From a virus (Duplodnaviria > Caudoviricetes), in IMG/VR virus record IMGVR_UViG_3300034130_000053, positions 1 through 29,606 of that record: a DNA stretch of 29,606 nucleotides; one strand, written 5' to 3'. Shown here in pieces: positions 9,513 to 17,993 of the stretch. A model generated the notes under the pieces. The model searched no databases, was not told where the DNA came from, and saw only the letters and a program-made list of their open reading frames with translations. The stretch's first letter is position 1, and every line of letters starts with the position of its first letter. A program made the position numbers and the translations under genes.

Positions 9513-10178
9513 TTATGTGCCAGTATAGGCAATAGAAAGCCTATAGCCTAATGCAGTTCGTTCAACGAGACTGACCACATAACGATGCCGTAAATTGGTT
9601 GATTGAGTAATACAAATATCATCTGTAAGAATTTCTATTCCTAAATCGGGTGCTATTACTTTCATCCATGGTAACTTTTGATCATCAGGTAATCCAACCA
9701 ATGAACGATCACCTTTTGTACCAGACAAGAAACTAACTGGAATATTCTCCATAATTAAATTGATATTATTCGATGCACTATAGCCAGCATAATAATTCGG
9801 ATTGGTCTGATTGATTGAGGTTTGGCGATAGAAATTCAATACTTCATTACATCTTACAACCGGGGTTGGTTTGATTAAACTCAAATCAGATATAAAATAG
9901 GTATCACCATCATAATTGGTGAGATAATCAAAAGATAACATATTGGATCGATCCATGGCCCCAAACCAGATTGTGTCATTTGGACTTTGAGGTGCAATGG
10001 ATTGAAATGTACTTTTAGTAGCAAAATATATCATCAGATTATTGGATAATAGATTTGCTTGAGTGATAGGATTTTGTCCATTCAATGTGCGATACCATTT
10101 CGTGGGCTGGCCAAGTTTTTGACCAACTTTCTTATAACCACTGTTTAATTTCTGTTGAATGGATAAAGCGTCGGCCAT
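9513..10178 (-). CDS. Head closure / neck protein
   Basis: Position between adaptor and tail terminator. Start moved to ATG 10178 (TAATG overlap). Confidence 0.55.
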   Translation of the reverse strand: MADALSIQQKLNSGYKKVGQKLGQPTKWYRTLNGQNPITQANLLSNNLMIYFATKSTFQSIAPQSPNDTIWFGAMDRSNMLSFDYLTNYDGDTYFISDLSLIKPTPVVRCNEVLNFYRQTSINQTNPNYYAGYSASNNINLIMENIPVSFLSGTKGDRSLVGLPDDQKLPWMKVIAPDLGIEILTDDICITQSTNLRHRYVVSLVERTALGYRLSIAYTGT

Positions 10179-10567
10179 TATGCAACACACACAGATGAAT
10201 TGGTTGAATTGAAGAACACACCTGGATACACGCCAATAATTTCACATAGTCGACGTCTCCAACTATTATAGAGACTATATCGATCACGTAATTCATTCTT
10301 ATTATGGAACCATACCGCAGCTTGATCAGTATCAAGATTATCGGCTGTTCCAACAATTGCTTGTTCCATTGTATTCAGTTGTGCAAGGTATTGCAGAACT
10401 ATTGTGCCTTCATTGGTATTAAGATTGTTGATCTTATACAGGAAGTCACCTTGTTGTTGGAAGAAGTGTATCGACTGAAAACCAGTTTGAGCATTGCCGA
10501 TTGGTGGATAACCACAATGCCGAATTAGGTCAGTAATCTGAGCTGGAGTGAACACTTGGAGCGCCAT
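10178..10567 (-). CDS. Head-tail adaptor (neck 1) protein
   Basis: 129 aa, helical, first gene after the capsid gene; 'IRHCGYP' and 'NLDTDQAAVW.HN.NE..DR......WRRRLC...G..PG' pattern; AGGAG RBS. Confidence 0.65.
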   Translation of the reverse strand: MALQVFTPAQITDLIRHCGYPPIGNAQTGFQSIHFFQQQGDFLYKINNLNTNEGTIVLQYLAQLNTMEQAIVGTADNLDTDQAAVWFHNKNELRDRYSLYNSWRRRLCEIIGVYPGVFFNSTNSSVCVA

Positions 10568-10581
10568 AATATTCTCCTAAT

Positions 10582-10609
10582 AAAAGTAAAGGGGTTTTCA
10601 CCCCTTTTT
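10582..10609 (-). terminator. Intrinsic terminator after the major capsid gene
   Basis: Minus strand AAAGGGGT-GAAA-ACCCCTTT followed by ACTTTT. Confidence 0.8.
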
Positions 10610-10612
10610 AGC

Positions 10613-12010
10613 TTACTGGGATTCAATTACAACTGTGCGTTTGTAAGCTGCACTATTAGCAGTAGGAATCGTAGTAGAATTAGTCAAATTGTCAGTAGGA
10701 GCGACAAATCCACCAATATAACACCACGACTGTGTAACGACCTGCAAGAGGGCATCGAGTGGTTCACGGATTACGTGTGCTACACCATCTGCCATTGTAA
10801 CGTTATCATCACCATAAATGCCTGCATAACCAGTGCCAGTGAATACACCTTCAACCAATGCATCTTTACCAACTACAATAGCACGATTCATATTAGGAAT
10901 ACCACCAATAGTGCCATTTGGACCCATATTAGTATACACAATACGAACACCAAGCAATTCAGCGACCACACCTTTGACATATTCAGACGTATTAATCTGA
11001 CCTCTCTGGAAGGATTGGAATGCTGGATCCTGATATAGACCCGTAAGATGATTGGGGTTGGCGTAACACGTGTAGAACCCTGCATCATCGGGTGGAACGT
11101 TATTAGAACGTAACGTATTGGTCGCACCTAGGATTGTAGCAATGGTAAGTGGGTTTGCGCCAAGACGCACGATCGTCGATCCACCAGCAGCACTAACGTT
11201 CTGGCCAGCGGCAAAATCACCAGCAACCACACCACTTGTCGTAAGACTTGCTGGTGTAGCAAGTGCTGTCACAGTGTACATGTTATTATTGATCTTCACA
11301 TTATACGGATAACTGGAGGGGAACCCACTGACACCGTTTACTGCAAGTGCAGTAGCTGATCCACCAGCAACTGTAGTAGCAATGAAACCACCCGGTCCAG
11401 AAACAGTATTACCAGCAGCAAAATCAGCAGCCGTTAAACCAGAGCTAGTAAGCACTGGATTTGTTACCGCAGTGACGTTATATGCATGACCATTAATTGT
11501 AATAACCATCGGGGGAACAATACCAGCCGTGGAATCGACATTCAAGGTAGTTGCACTACCGGTGGACAACGTCGTTGCTCCACCAGACATACCCGCACTA
11601 AACAATGCATTGGCAGCCAACGTATCAACCGAACGATATGCTTGTTCAGCTAGTTTATCAGCGTTCTGTAGGAAGATACTTGCAATGGCAACTTTACTGG
11701 TCACCTGATTGAGCATGGTATTAGCACCATACATTTTGACACCTAATGTGTATTGTTCCACATTAAGGTTTTGTGGGGTAATACCAGATGTTAGATCGGT
11801 ATTCAATGCGGCACTCAATGGTGTCGTCATTGCCGGAAGCAAACCAGGACGTGTTTTGGTGATTGTTTCACCTACGTTGGCAGGAAACGGTTCGCGTGCT
11901 GCAACCGCTCTAAATCCTAGTCTAGCACGCAACGAATCTTCAAAAACTCGTTGCAACATGTTCGTTTGGATGGCGTTTTGAATTCCGCCGGCTAAATTAT
12001 TCAACGCCAT
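10613..12010 (-). CDS. Major capsid protein (HK97 fold, N4-gp56/DUF4043-like) with a tandemly duplicated insertion domain
   Basis: Follows the scaffold gene and is followed by a terminator. 'P.NVGETITKTR', 'L.SNNVPP...G.Y..Y..P.....L..DP.F' and 'IREPLD.LLQV..QSW' motifs. Confidence 0.85.
   Translation of the reverse strand: MALNNLAGGIQNAIQTNMLQRVFEDSLRARLGFRAVAAREPFPANVGETITKTRPGLLPAMTTPLSAALNTDLTSGITPQNLNVEQYTLGVKMYGANTMLNQVTSKVAIASIFLQNADKLAEQAYRSVDTLAANALFSAGMSGGATTLSTGSATTLNVDSTAGIVPPMVITINGHAYNVTAVTNPVLTSSGLTAADFAAGNTVSGPGGFIATTVAGGSATALAVNGVSGFPSSYPYNVKINNNMYTVTALATPASLTTSGVVAGDFAAGQNVSAAGGSTIVRLGANPLTIATILGATNTLRSNNVPPDDAGFYTCYANPNHLTGLYQDPAFQSFQRGQINTSEYVKGVVAELLGVRIVYTNMGPNGTIGGIPNMNRAIVVGKDALVEGVFTGTGYAGIYGDDNVTMADGVAHVIREPLDALLQVVTQSWCYIGGFVAPTDNLTNSTTIPTANSAAYKRTVVIESQ
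11180..11578 (-). repeat. Protein-level tandem duplication (about 65 aa x2) inside the capsid gene
   Basis: aa145-208 ATTLSTGSATTLNV...INGHAYNVTA...LTSSGLTAADFAAGNTVSGPGG versus aa211-277 ATTVAGGSATALAV...INNNMYTVTA...LTTSGVVAGDFAAGQNVSAAGG. Confidence 0.9.
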
Positions 12011-12032
12011 GGGGGTTATCCTTTATAAAAAA

Positions 12033-12554
12033 TTAACTAGTCTCTTCGAATTTTCGTCTGTATGCCTTAAATTCTTCTTTCGACATTTTCATAGCATCTA
12101 TCGGTCCAGCCGGTGCTGCTTTTGGTTGGGTTGCACCTGATGATGTATTCGGTTGTTGGAACAAATAACTTTTTGCAGTCTTTAATTCTTTAAAAATTGC
12201 ATCAGCATTTTCTATTTCACCGGTTTCTTCATCAAATTTAAACTTATCCATATCAAGTAACTTCAATGCATCTAAATCCACAATGCCTGCTTTAAGGGCG
12301 TGTGTTTTTACTTCTGCTCTCAGTAATTTGCTTCTAGCAGCAAGGGTTAATTCTTTAATCCTTGTTTCGGCTTCTTCGTTTCGTTGCTTATAGACAGCAT
12401 CCAATTCGTTATATCTTTTCTCTAAATCCAAAGTTCTTAAACGATGTGCTTTGGCTTCCTCACGCAACTCGCTTACATATTCACGAGAAAATGTTTCGCG
12501 TTGTTGAGGTGTGGACTTAGGCGATTCGTTTTGAACTTCTTGTTCTTCAGCCAT
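12033..12554 (-). CDS. Capsid scaffolding protein
   Basis: Charged coiled coil with 'FSREYV.ELREEAK..R', 'A.KAGIVDLD.LKL.D' and 'LK..K.YLF', directly before the capsid gene. Confidence 0.85.
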   Translation of the reverse strand: MAEEQEVQNESPKSTPQQRETFSREYVSELREEAKAHRLRTLDLEKRYNELDAVYKQRNEEAETRIKELTLAARSKLLRAEVKTHALKAGIVDLDALKLLDMDKFKFDEETGEIENADAIFKELKTAKSYLFQQPNTSSGATQPKAAPAGPIDAMKMSKEEFKAYRRKFEETS

Positions 12555-12599
12555 AAAGGATCTTCCTTAAATTAGGTATATCTATACCCCGTTGTTTAT

Positions 12600-12815
12600 T
12601 TACGTATTATGATCGGACTTATTAGTTTGTTTTATATCTGCAACAATTGGCTCAAGACCGAGTTCCAATTGCGTTGATTTATCTACTAGTATGAGATGAT
12701 CATGGAGTTTGACCACGACAGCATCACACGTGTCTATTACTTTATTTCGTTCCTGGTCTATCAAAATAATCTCCATAAGTTGTGATGAGGTATTGATTAA
12801 ATGTTTTAACTTCAT
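12600..12815 (-). CDS. Hypothetical protein
   Basis: 71-aa ORF in the co-oriented cluster; its stop overlaps TAAATA. Confidence 0.5.
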   Translation of the reverse strand: MKLKHLINTSSQLMEIILIDQERNKVIDTCDAVVVKLHDHLILVDKSTQLELGLEPIVADIKQTNKSDHNT

Positions 12816-12957
12816 CCAATAAAACCTTACATACTGGATCTTGATATAATATTAATCGTTCTCGTCGTAAGTGTTCTATTCGTTCGCTTAATTGTTCCAT
12901 TTTGTCGAGATCATTCTGCGACATATTATTTGGAAATTTCAATGGGTGCTCCGTCAT
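12742..12957 (-). CDS. Hypothetical protein (short coiled coil)
   Basis: 71-aa ORF from the track, co-oriented, overlaps the next ORF. Confidence 0.5.
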   Translation of the reverse strand: MTEHPLKFPNNMSQNDLDKMEQLSERIEHLRRERLILYQDPVCKVLLDEVKTFNQYLITTYGDYFDRPGTK

Positions 12958-13025
12958 TCTTATGAATGGTTAAATTCACTGGACCTGCTTAATAGTGAAT
13001 GGCATTATTTGATTTGTAAGAGTCA

Positions 13026-13187
13026 TTATCTTGCCTTTTCTAAGAAATTCTTAATAGGTGAAAACAATGTGAAGTTAAATATCATGTATAAACATATATG
13101 CAATATTAGAAGGTAACCAACCACTTCTGGATTGATCAGATAAACTATAAGCAATCCTATATATGGCAATACTGTATAATTGGTCAT
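13026..13187 (-). CDS. Small membrane protein (53 aa)
   Basis: Read manually: MTNYTVLPYIGLLIVYLINPEVVGYLLILHICLYMIFNFTLFSPIKNFLEKAR; AAGGA RBS. Confidence 0.55.
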   Translation of the reverse strand: MTNYTVLPYIGLLIVYLINPEVVGYLLILHICLYMIFNFTLFSPIKNFLEKAR

Positions 13188-13190
13188 TTC

Positions 13191-13340
13191 TCAGGTCCTT
13201 CTAAAACATTTAACTGTTAATGAATTAGTGATATTACTAATTGAATGAACGTCATATCCCATCTTAGTGAACAATTCAATTATTTTATTGTTTTCATCGG
13301 GAGTCAATGTTTTATATTCATTTTGATTTGTAAGAGTCAT
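13191..13340 (-). CDS. Small hypothetical protein (49 aa)
   Basis: Read manually: MTLTNQNEYKTLTPDENNKIIELFTKMGYDVHSISNITNSLTVKCFRRT; AAGGA RBS, ATGA overlap with the upstream ORF. Confidence 0.55.
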   Translation of the reverse strand: MTLTNQNEYKTLTPDENNKIIELFTKMGYDVHSISNITNSLTVKCFRRT

Positions 13341-13501
13341 GATAGGTCCTTTTCTAATTCCGCCACGATTTGTTTGAGCACAGAAAGTAAATCATCTTTA
13401 TTGATGAAATCGTCCGATTCAAGATCGAATGTAGCAAGACCGTCACCAATTTCGTGATACTTGATATGTAGGTCACATTTACGTCCATAATTTTGCATCA
13501 T
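13337..13501 (-). CDS. Small hypothetical protein (54 aa)
   Basis: Read manually: MMQNYGRKCDLHIKYHEIGDGLATFDLESDDFINKDDLLSVLKQIVAELEKDLS; coupled to the next ORF. Confidence 0.55.
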   Translation of the reverse strand: MMQNYGRKCDLHIKYHEIGDGLATFDLESDDFINKDDLLSVLKQIVAELEKDLS

Positions 13502-13598
13502 ATACCGCTTCCATTGCTTGTCGATTGTTCATAAACAGCAAGATAATTGGTGTGAGAGCACTAACCAATCCAGTTAATGCGAGGAGTATCGTATTCAT
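13479..13598 (-). CDS. Small membrane peptide (39 aa)
   Basis: Read manually: MNTILLALTGLVSALTPIILLFMNNRQAMEAVYDAKLWT; GGAG RBS, abuts the upstream stop. Confidence 0.5.
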   Translation of the reverse strand: MNTILLALTGLVSALTPIILLFMNNRQAMEAVYDAKLWT

Positions 13599-13814
13599 TT
13601 AGAATCTCCAATAATGCATGCCAAATCCACCTAATAAAAACAATATCACCAAAACTACAATAATGATTGTAATAAGATTTGGGTCTTGTATTGGATTAGC
13701 TGACGTTCCCGGTTCGTATTGGGTTGTGCCAGGAGTGGATGTGCCGCCGTAATTACGCCAGCCGAAATATCCACCAGCCAATAGAATTAGTAGAATAATT
13801 ATGAGCAGTAACAT
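13599..13814 (-). CDS. Small two-TM membrane protein (DUF3309-like)
   Basis: Hydrophobic N-terminus, then GGYFGW..YGG, then a second hydrophobic helix. Confidence 0.6.
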   Translation of the reverse strand: MLLLIIILLILLAGGYFGWRNYGGTSTPGTTQYEPGTSANPIQDPNLITIIIVVLVILFLLGGFGMHYWRF

Positions 13815-13816
13815 TT

Positions 13817-13951
13817 CTATTTTCCTATTACTTCAGCAACAATAGCGACTGTGGTTTTTCTAGCAGTCGATACAACTCGTATTGAACCTGTAGCTAAGCC
13901 CAATTCCTTTAAGAACTCAGTTAATTTCGTAACCTTATCTCCGTCTAACAT
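13817..13951 (-). CDS. Small hypothetical protein (44 aa)
   Basis: Read manually: MLDGDKVTKLTEFLKELGLATGSIRVVSTARKTTVAIVAEVIGK; AGGAA RBS right after the portal stop. Confidence 0.5.
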   Translation of the reverse strand: MLDGDKVTKLTEFLKELGLATGSIRVVSTARKTTVAIVAEVIGK

Positions 13952-13960
13952 GTATTATTC

Positions 13961-15466
13961 CTAATTTTGTTTAGTAGTTACCTGTGTGGCGGCAGCTAGT
14001 TTTGCTTCTCTGGCATCTTGTGCTACTTCACCTGCCAGAATCAATTTTAGTTCATCTTCAACTGTTTCTATATCAAAATCCGAAGAAAGAACTTTAATTG
14101 CTGTTTCTCTTGACATTATGCCGCCTTGTACCATTCCTACAAGATATTGAGCTTGTTGTTGGAGATCCAATTGGGTTGGTGTAAAGAACTCACTCCATCT
14201 TAAACTTAATTCCATATTCTGTTTAAGTTTCGGAATAGATTTACCGTTTATTTTAATTGGAATCTTATTACTCGCAGAGACAACCATCTTCATCAGAGTA
14301 ATCAATCCATATTCACCATAACTTGCTCGTAATCCATCAGCAACTTGCAACAATCCTTCGTGCATTAATTGCATAGCCCGCCCAGATTGCGCGGTAGATA
14401 ATTTATCAGGAGAAGCTCGATTACCATGGATTGATTCCAACGCATATTCACGCAGTTTGGCGACGTGTTCAAGGATGGCATTTGTTGATTGCCCCGTGAT
14501 CTCTAATAGCTTAGCGTCCCCCTGCGGACCCACACTAAGGATTGTACTAGATGATCTTACTAATGGCTTACCCTCTGGATCGGTGTTCTCTTTGATGAGG
14601 AGCAGGGGATCAGCGCTATACATCAAACCTCGCCCAGATTGGCTGAGGAGTTTATCGATTTCAATACAGGTTTCTATAGCTGGTTCAAAATGACATTCGC
14701 CGTCAATATCTGAGAAATTGGCGTGCAGATTCTTAATCCAGACAATAGGCACAAATCCTAAATGATGACTGGTGGATCGTTTAACGTCTTTAACTGGCAC
14801 ATGTGGTTTATCATACGAATCTTCCATACATAACCATGGAATAAACCATGTTTCATCTGTTGTATCCCAGGTCAATAAAAACCAATGCCAGGCATTCAAG
14901 GCTTCTTGTTTAATGGTATAACCAGCATCAGCTAGATCTTGGCCTTTTACTTTGTATTTCTGCGTTACTTTGATAAGAGTATCAGGTTCCATTGGATCGA
15001 ATGCAGGTGTGAGATAAATTGTTTCAATATTATCAAAAAACAATCTTTCTTTGAGAATCCTCATTCGAATTGCTACGGATCCAATCGAACCTTTATATGT
15101 GGCATCACGCATCAAACTAATAAGATGTGATTCTTTGGTGATTGACTGAAATAATTCCTGCATCGCCATATCATCAATATCGTTGTCAATAACCGTAATA
15201 GCTGGAAATCTATCCTCTCCCCAAGTTAATGCAACCAATTCTTCTACTACAGAACGAATTATGCCAATGCCACATTGGATAGAAGGACATCTATCAATAA
15301 TTGGAATATATTCACCGGTTCCTGTTTGATATTCATTATGGAATTGATATGGTTGTACGGAATACAATGATCCATCTAGTACCATTTTCAATACGGTGAG
15401 TTCATAAGCCCTACGGGGGAAGTCTTTGTCGTATTCCACGCGTTTTTTAATAACCTGATACAACAT
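13961..15466 (-). CDS. Portal protein
   Basis: 501 aa downstream of terL; SPP1-portal-like 'H.LGFVPIVWIKN', 'SG.A..L' and 'G..SRETAI' motifs; AGGAG RBS. Confidence 0.88.
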   Translation of the reverse strand: MLYQVIKKRVEYDKDFPRRAYELTVLKMVLDGSLYSVQPYQFHNEYQTGTGEYIPIIDRCPSIQCGIGIIRSVVEELVALTWGEDRFPAITVIDNDIDDMAMQELFQSITKESHLISLMRDATYKGSIGSVAIRMRILKERLFFDNIETIYLTPAFDPMEPDTLIKVTQKYKVKGQDLADAGYTIKQEALNAWHWFLLTWDTTDETWFIPWLCMEDSYDKPHVPVKDVKRSTSHHLGFVPIVWIKNLHANFSDIDGECHFEPAIETCIEIDKLLSQSGRGLMYSADPLLLIKENTDPEGKPLVRSSSTILSVGPQGDAKLLEITGQSTNAILEHVAKLREYALESIHGNRASPDKLSTAQSGRAMQLMHEGLLQVADGLRASYGEYGLITLMKMVVSASNKIPIKINGKSIPKLKQNMELSLRWSEFFTPTQLDLQQQAQYLVGMVQGGIMSRETAIKVLSSDFDIETVEDELKLILAGEVAQDAREAKLAAATQVTTKQN

Positions 15467-15482
15467 AAACTCCTAAAAATGC

Positions 15483-15526
15483 TAGCTGAATGACTGTGGG
15501 CTTTCATGAAAACAATCATCCAGCTA
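15483..15526 (-). promoter_or_regulatory. 15-bp RNA stem-loop in the portal 5' leader
   Basis: UAGCUGGAUGAUUGU pairs with ACAGUCAUUCAGCUA using two G-U wobbles that form only on the minus (coding) strand. Confidence 0.65.
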
Positions 15527-15560
15527 CACACACTTTGAAATGGAGACATTCCGTGTTTAT

Positions 15561-15881
15561 TTAATCATGATACAGTTCAATATAAATCGTGAGCATGGCG
15601 ACCATATATTCCATTTGTGCATCAATATGTTTAGAATTATATTGTTCTAATGCCAATAGGATATGTAACCGGTCAGAACAATACACCAAAAGTTGATCGC
15701 GATCAACATTATGGCCAAGATCGATTAATCTTACTGCCATTGGCACAACGAATTGACTAAGTTCTTTTGACGAATGATACATAAGTTCACTTAGGAATCG
15801 TCTAGCGTCAGGTTTGTTATCAAGACATGCAACTAGTGCATCCAATGTTATTTCTCTGTTGGTTTCTTCTATTAAATTCAT
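15561..15881 (-). CDS. Hypothetical protein
   Basis: 106-aa helical ORF with AAGGA RBS between terL and portal. Confidence 0.65.
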   Translation of the reverse strand: MNLIEETNREITLDALVACLDNKPDARRFLSELMYHSSKELSQFVVPMAVRLIDLGHNVDRDQLLVYCSDRLHILLALEQYNSKHIDAQMEYMVAMLTIYIELYHD

Positions 15882-15893
15882 TTGAATCCTTAT

Positions 15894-17165
15894 CTATCTA
15901 CTCATAACGTTCATGTTACCAAAAGTCGCTGGCGTTTTAAGTGAGTCCACGCCCCCCATCAAATAGCGGAAAGAATCTGCACAATGTGAATGAATATCGT
16001 GTTCAGGCCCTAAATCATTCCCCAGTCGATCTAGCTTAGCTTTGTAGGTTCTTAAATGATCTAAACCTATTTCTGTTCTTGGCTTATAGAATTTACATCT
16101 ATGGAGATTTTGCCGCACAAGTAAAATTCCATCCATAGGTTTATGCACTGGCACCTTTGTAAAATAGATTCCTAATTTGGCGGCAGATTCTAATCGTGAA
16201 ATACCTGTCGCCAATTCTCGATTTTGAATGTCGAACGGGGCAAAATGGGTTTTATATTGATAGCCAAATTTATCACGGCGATACTCTAATATCTGTTTCC
16301 ATTCTGGAAAGCCTAAATTGGCATTTTCCTCATAATCAATTAAATGCACCTCTTTATCAACTAATTGAAAGAACCACACAGCCATATAATCAGATATACC
16401 TAAATCAAATGCAGTGTGAACTCTCAAATCTGGACGATACAATGGTTCGGAACTAATTCTCTTCTGAACATAAAGTTCGTCAAGTTGTTTCGAATAGTAA
16501 GCACCAACTAATGCACTGGTGAATGAACAATTAAGTTCCTGTTCAAACGTCTCAGGTGGCATTTCCATTTTTATCAGGCGAACTTCTTCTTCCTTTAATA
16601 CGCCAGTATCCTGCCATTTTAATACTATTCCAAACCAACCATTCTTGATGAATTCTGGATCTTGTGAACGTTGATAGACTTTATAGAATTCGTTCTGATT
16701 GCCTTTCGGTGTACCAATCCATATCACCCATCCAGAATACGTCGTCAACATCGGTCTTACAACTGTGAAGGTATCGGCGTGCATTTCTGCAAACTCGTCG
16801 AGCACGACCCCTCCAAGGTGCATGCCACGTAAGGTATCGGGGTTATCCGCACCCAAGACATGGATACGACTTCCATTAGGATATCTTACAACCATTGTTG
16901 AACGATTATATTCGATACCAGGTACTACTTTGGAACAATTGACTAATGGTGGCCATGCTACACGCTGAGCCTGATTGGCTTGCGGCAAAATATAGGCATA
17001 ATCTCTATTTGGTGGACCAGTGATTGCTGCTTTATTCAAAACATTTACTGACAATTCGGTCTTACCCGCCGCACGATGGCAGACTAGAACATTATTTCGT
17101 TTTAATCGTTTAATAATATCAGATTGCCATGACCTTGGCGCAAATGGCACAATTATAGTTTGCAT
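15894..17165 (-). CDS. terL: Terminase large subunit
   Basis: Walker A (CHRAAGKT), Walker B (VVLDEFAEM), coupling motif IGTP, RNase-H nuclease motifs AFDLG and SHCADSFRY. Confidence 0.95.
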   Translation of the reverse strand: MQTIIVPFAPRSWQSDIIKRLKRNNVLVCHRAAGKTELSVNVLNKAAITGPPNRDYAYILPQANQAQRVAWPPLVNCSKVVPGIEYNRSTMVVRYPNGSRIHVLGADNPDTLRGMHLGGVVLDEFAEMHADTFTVVRPMLTTYSGWVIWIGTPKGNQNEFYKVYQRSQDPEFIKNGWFGIVLKWQDTGVLKEEEVRLIKMEMPPETFEQELNCSFTSALVGAYYSKQLDELYVQKRISSEPLYRPDLRVHTAFDLGISDYMAVWFFQLVDKEVHLIDYEENANLGFPEWKQILEYRRDKFGYQYKTHFAPFDIQNRELATGISRLESAAKLGIYFTKVPVHKPMDGILLVRQNLHRCKFYKPRTEIGLDHLRTYKAKLDRLGNDLGPEHDIHSHCADSFRYLMGGVDSLKTPATFGNMNVMSR

Positions 17166-17173
17166 TTTATCTG

Positions 17174-17413
17174 TCAGATTTCGTCGTGTTGACGTAATAA
17201 AGCATCCAAAGAATTGGTGACATTATCAATAATCACATCTTTGGTTTCTTCTTCATCAATCGATGGGTCTTCCAATATCACAGCAAAGGTCTTTTGGATA
17301 ATAAGACATGCAAGATTTAAGGCAAATCTTGCGTCGTCACCAAATAGATAATCTTTTTCGATTTGGGCCATAGCTCTATCATATTTGGCAAGCTCTTTGG
17401 CAGATAATTTCAT
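17174..17413 (-). CDS. Hypothetical protein (79 aa)
   Basis: Start moved to ATG 17413, which forms an ATGA overlap with the upstream ORF. Confidence 0.55.
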   Translation of the reverse strand: MKLSAKELAKYDRAMAQIEKDYLFGDDARFALNLACLIIQKTFAVILEDPSIDEEETKDVIIDNVTNSLDALLRQHDEI

Positions 17414-17643
17414 TCTTCTGCAACTTGTAATAATTGTTGCGAAATCACTTGAAATGCCAAACCTAACCATTGTTTGACCTGTGGATTCATATCCAATGCT
17501 GGCATATTAACCGTGAAATTGCCATCCCAATGTCTGATAATCTGAAATTGCAAACTGACACCATTATGATTTGGATGGATTAATGGCGTGGTGTTATTCG
17601 GTGCTATCTGGGTTATGATCGGCAGCATCGGAATGTTGCGCAT
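17410..17643 (-). CDS. Hypothetical protein (77 aa)
   Basis: Start moved to ATG 17643 behind a strong AAGGAG RBS located inside terS. Confidence 0.55.
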   Translation of the reverse strand: MRNIPMLPIITQIAPNNTTPLIHPNHNGVSLQFQIIRHWDGNFTVNMPALDMNPQVKQWLGLAFQVISQQLLQVAEE

Positions 17644-17914
17644 TGATTTCTCCTTGTGAGTCGGCCCATTTGAATTCAAATGTCGATCCAGGCGTTATAG
17701 CGACATCACGTTTTTGGGCATAAATGAATTTCATCAAGGTTGATGCAGCTCGTTCTCTGACGTCAACTTTATTGGCTAAATTCGTTGCGATTTCACCCAA
17801 TATTTGGGCAGGATCACACCCTATCGCAGCCAACTTGTCTGCAAGTGTGCCATTGATTTTATTGCGACTGCCTAACGCTCTACCGGGACCGGGCTTAGGA
17901 TGTGGATTAGCCAT
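17594..17914 (-). CDS. terS: Terminase small subunit
   Basis: 'GPGR..GSRNK', 'DP...L..IA' and 'R..AA..L..FIY...R' pattern; first gene of the packaging module. Confidence 0.7.
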   Translation of the reverse strand: MANPHPKPGPGRALGSRNKINGTLADKLAAIGCDPAQILGEIATNLANKVDVRERAASTLMKFIYAQKRDVAITPGSTFEFKWADSQGEINAQHSDAADHNPDSTE

Positions 17915-17945
17915 TTGTTTGGATATATTTGTTTATCATAATTGA

Positions 17946-17952
17946 TATTTAT
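17946..17952 (-). promoter_or_regulatory. T4-like late promoter core (ATAAATA) at the head of the late module
   Basis: Sits between an intrinsic terminator and terS. The TAAATA core recurs at 799, 6547, 7051, 8667, 12597, 15558, 18102, 20297, 22667 and 26161 (minus strand, left coordinates). Confidence 0.7.
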
Positions 17953-17958
17953 TAAGTC

Positions 17959-17993
17959 AAAATAAAACCCTCAGAGCAAAACAAACTGAGGGT
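17959..17993 (-). terminator. Intrinsic terminator separating the replication and late modules
   Basis: Minus strand ACCCTCAG-11 nt-CTGAGGGT followed by TTTATTTT. Confidence 0.75.

Noticed and set aside
1-10567. Tailocin, eCIS or gene transfer agent
   Set aside because: Capsid, portal, terminase and a replication module with an origin are all present, so this is a replicating phage-like element.
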